From: an uncultured archaeon
GTDB lineage: Archaea; Asgardarchaeota; Lokiarchaeia; Sigyniarchaeales; Promethearchaeaceae
Direction: 5' to 3'
Assembly (NCBI GenBank): GCA_964623665.1
Contig: CAZUTM010000001.1
Span: 80,130 to 88,128 of the forward strand
DNA length: 7,999 nucleotides
Made by a program: the position numbers and the translations under genes. Shown piece after piece: positions 6,488 through 7,999 of the stretch; the first letter of the stretch is position 1, and each line of letters begins with the position of its first letter. Under the pieces are notes generated by a model that saw only the letters and a list, made by a program, of their open reading frames with translations, ran no database searches and had not been told where the DNA came from.

Positions 6488-6720
6488 CTCTTTCTTCTTC
6501 TTAAAGTTTCTTTTCTTTATTCGATATTTTCGTTTTAATTTTTTGGTTCTACGGCCGGTTTGGCAATTCTTTGGAGCGGAATCACGGGGCCGGTTGAAAG
6601 CACGTTTCTAAATTCAAAACAAAAATAAAATTTTGCCATAGCACGATGTTTCTCCTTAGACGCGAAATAATGAACGGAAACAACAAAAAAAAGATGTAAA
6701 GCACGCAATCATGGGGGTTC

Positions 6721-7542
6721 TTACTTTGGTTTTACATAGCCTTTATAAAAGAGAATCATCATTATCGCTACAATCATCATCGTGAAGTAGAAAAATGGTG
6801 AGTTATATAATTCTTCCAAAACAATAATTACAAAGAAAATTGTAAATATAATTTGGAATATGGCGCTTAAAAAGATATATCTAAAACCTTTATTTGATTG
6901 TTCGGTATCAGAATTCGATTTTTTCATCTTTTTGGAGATTTTTATACTAAAAATGGCAATTCCTATATTAGGAACAAGGATCACGATTGCGGCCAGCCCG
7001 AGCCCAATGCCCTCGACAATCTTATTGATTTGAACGGTTTGTCGATATGCGGTGATGATTAGCGGGAAAAATAAGCAGATCCAGATTGTTATCTTTTCAA
7101 TGATTGTGATATTTTCAGGTTCGCGAAAAACTTCGTTCATAAATAAATAAAGATAATACGTCGAGGTAACAAACGTTATAAAGGTTGTTCTGTCAAAATA
7201 CAACGACAATGTTCCGGGCCCGGTGGTTGAGTATGCCAAAATCGTGGCTAACAGCGTTATTGATATACATGTAATAAATAAAAGCATATATAACGACACA
7301 TTATTCTTGACCGTACGGTGCCGTTGACCCATTTTAATAAATATAATAATACTGATGAACAATGAAGGTAATGTAGATAAAATAACATAATAATTTGGAT
7401 GATCCGAAATTGTAATTGATTCAAATATAGATACCGATTCGTACATCAAAAGATTAAAGTAGAATACCAATTGAGTAAAAATTAACGTTATTATACCGAA
7501 TAACGCGGTAAATTTGTTCTCAAAATTGGATTTCATATTCAT
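6721..7542 (-). CDS. Hypothetical integral membrane protein, about 8 TM helices, no family recognised
   Basis: 273-codon ORF in DNA that is only about 25-30% GC by hand counts of sample lines, where stop codons should be frequent, so the ORF length itself argues for coding. It has regularly spaced hydrophobic stretches of about 20 aa separated by short polar/charged loops (KMGQRHRTVKNN, REPENIT, KKMKKSNSDTEQSNKG). An alternative start is ATG at 7536. Confidence 0.75.
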   Translation of the reverse strand: MNMKSNFENKFTALFGIITLIFTQLVFYFNLLMYESVSIFESITISDHPNYYVILSTLPSLFISIIIFIKMGQRHRTVKNNVSLYMLLFITCISITLLATILAYSTTGPGTLSLYFDRTTFITFVTSTYYLYLFMNEVFREPENITIIEKITIWICLFFPLIITAYRQTVQINKIVEGIGLGLAAIVILVPNIGIAIFSIKISKKMKKSNSDTEQSNKGFRYIFLSAIFQIIFTIFFVIIVLEELYNSPFFYFTMMIVAIMMILFYKGYVKPK

Positions 7543-7603
7543 AGTCGTGAAAAATTGAATAAAAAGCTTGACTTCCTTTCAGTTGTGTGCACAAAACATT
7601 TGG

Positions 7604-7618
7604 AAATGTTTATAATGG
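7604..7618 (+). promoter_or_regulatory. Promoter-like block AAATGTTTATAATGG upstream of 5S copy 2 (TATAAT / TTTATAAT)
   Basis: Same block and same register as 6345-6359 (offset exactly 1259 nt). It lies in the 95-bp divergent spacer between the membrane ORF start (7542) and 5S copy 2 (7638). Confidence 0.45.
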
Positions 7619-7637
7619 TCGGGGTGTTTTTCTTACT

Positions 7638-7746
7638 TGCCTCGGTCAAAGCTGCGCTTAGTTCCCGATCCCATTCCGAACTCGGAAGATAAAGGGCGTA
7701 GCGATTGGTGGTACTGCGGTTTCGCGGGAGAGCCAATACTGAGGCA
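7638..7746 (+). rRNA. rrf: 5S ribosomal RNA, copy 2 (about 109 nt)
   Basis: 105/109 identical to copy 1. Differences are at 7653 (G->U), 7660 (U->A), 7707 (A->G) and 7734 (U->C). The core motifs and helix I are the same as in copy 1. Confidence 0.9.
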
Positions 7747-7835
7747 CTCTTTCTTCTTCTCTTCTTTTAATTTTTCTATTAATTGTTCATATTTTTTTAG
7801 TTGTTTGAGAAATTTAAAAGTAGTTATTTGAAATC

Positions 7836-7855
7836 CGGATGATGGTTTTCATCCG
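7836..7855. terminator. 7-bp stem / 6-nt loop hairpin (CGGATGA-tggttt-TCATCCG) between the convergent 5S copy 2 and a possible minus-strand gene end
   Basis: Perfect inverted repeat 7836-7842 / 7849-7855. There is no strong T-run on the plus side. On the minus side a T6 run (atattttttg) lies between the candidate stop codon (7883-7885) and the hairpin. Function is inferred from position only. Confidence 0.3.
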
Positions 7856-7882
7856 TTATGCATTTGGGGCAAAAAATATAAA

Positions 7883-7999
7883 TCAAAAAGATCTATGTAG
7901 GGAGGGCTTCAACTCCTCTTCTAATCGACGACAAAGGGGAAATGAGGTAAATTTTTCTTGATCAAACTTGATCATCCACATCTGGATAAGCATATACCG
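7883..7999 (-). CDS. Possible 3' end of a minus-strand gene entering from the right window edge (38 codons + stop)
   Basis: The reverse-complement frame starting at 7999 is open for 38 codons (RYMLIQMWMIKFDQEKFTSFPLCRRLEEELKPSLHRSF) and ends with TGA (plus-strand tca 7883-7885). The other two minus frames close within 12 codons. It is too short to judge. A competing plus-strand start exists (GAGGT 7944-7948, then TTG 7958). Confidence 0.3.
   Translation of the reverse strand, partial: RYMLIQMWMIKFDQEKFTSFPLCRRLEEELKPSLHRSF

Noticed and set aside
6545-6600. Possible tRNA or other known small RNA in the GC-rich island
   Set aside because: There is no GTTCRANYC T-loop, no acceptor/anticodon cloverleaf can be drawn, and the length is wrong. 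It is kept only as a low-interest structural candidate.
6379-7760. CRISPR array or composite transposon interpretation of the repeated 123-bp units
   Set aside because: There are only two copies, the spacing is 1.26 kb, and the repeat is a bona fide 5S rRNA. There are no cas genes, transposase genes, terminal inverted repeats or target-site duplications.
7539-7831. ORF-track entries 7539..7736 (-) and 7637..7831 (+), 64-65 aa each
   Set aside because: Both lie across 5S rRNA copy 2 and its flanks. The equivalent sequence at copy 1 is non-coding, so they are chance ORFs inside a structural RNA gene.
7836-7860. C/D-box sRNA suggested by GGATGATGG
   Set aside because: The C-box match is imperfect (AUGAUGG rather than RUGAUGA), and no D box (CUGA) or terminal stem follows within a plausible distance. 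The sequence is better explained as one arm of a simple hairpin.
7957-7974. Phased direct repeat CTTGATCA x2 (10-bp period) including the palindrome TTGATCAA near the right edge
   Set aside because: It is short and AT-rich, it lies inside a region that is open on both strands at the window edge, and there is no flanking context to judge it. It may simply be coding sequence.

Overview
This is an AT-rich prokaryotic chromosomal window. I saw no transposase, integrase, CRISPR array, tRNA or recognisable defence gene. Gene order, left to right:
(1) The 3' part of a GH38 alpha-mannosidase (+). It runs off the left edge and opens with a perfect in-frame 27-bp tandem duplication.
(2) A 635-aa membrane protein (+) with about 14 TM helices, MOP/Wzx-flippase-like.
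(3) A class-I FAD/NAD(P)H pyridine-nucleotide-disulfide oxidoreductase (+) ending in a His/Glu-rich tail.
(4) Short-form ThiC (+).
(5) Two stand-alone 5S rRNA genes (+, 109 nt each, 105/109 identical, 1259 bp apart). They bracket a very AT-rich 273-aa ORFan with about 8 TM helices on the minus strand.
(6) Possibly the 3' end of another minus-strand gene at the right edge.
The most unusual part is the twin orphan 5S locus. Each copy keeps a conserved 15-nt promoter-like block in identical register. The copies differ by a compensatory base-pair change, helix IV looks shortened, and the gene between them is a compositional outlier. Secondary points are the metal-binding-like tail and extra Cys pair on the flavoprotein, and a thiC with no TPP riboswitch and no Shine-Dalgarno sequence.
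The domain is ambiguous. The 5S loop-E signature (GGUA/GAGAG) looks bacterial. The absence of SD motifs and the A/T boxes about 29 nt upstream of starts would fit either an SD-poor bacterial lineage or an archaeon.
I cannot identify a clear novel multi-gene system from sequence alone. The findings are ranked candidates, not demonstrated discoveries.
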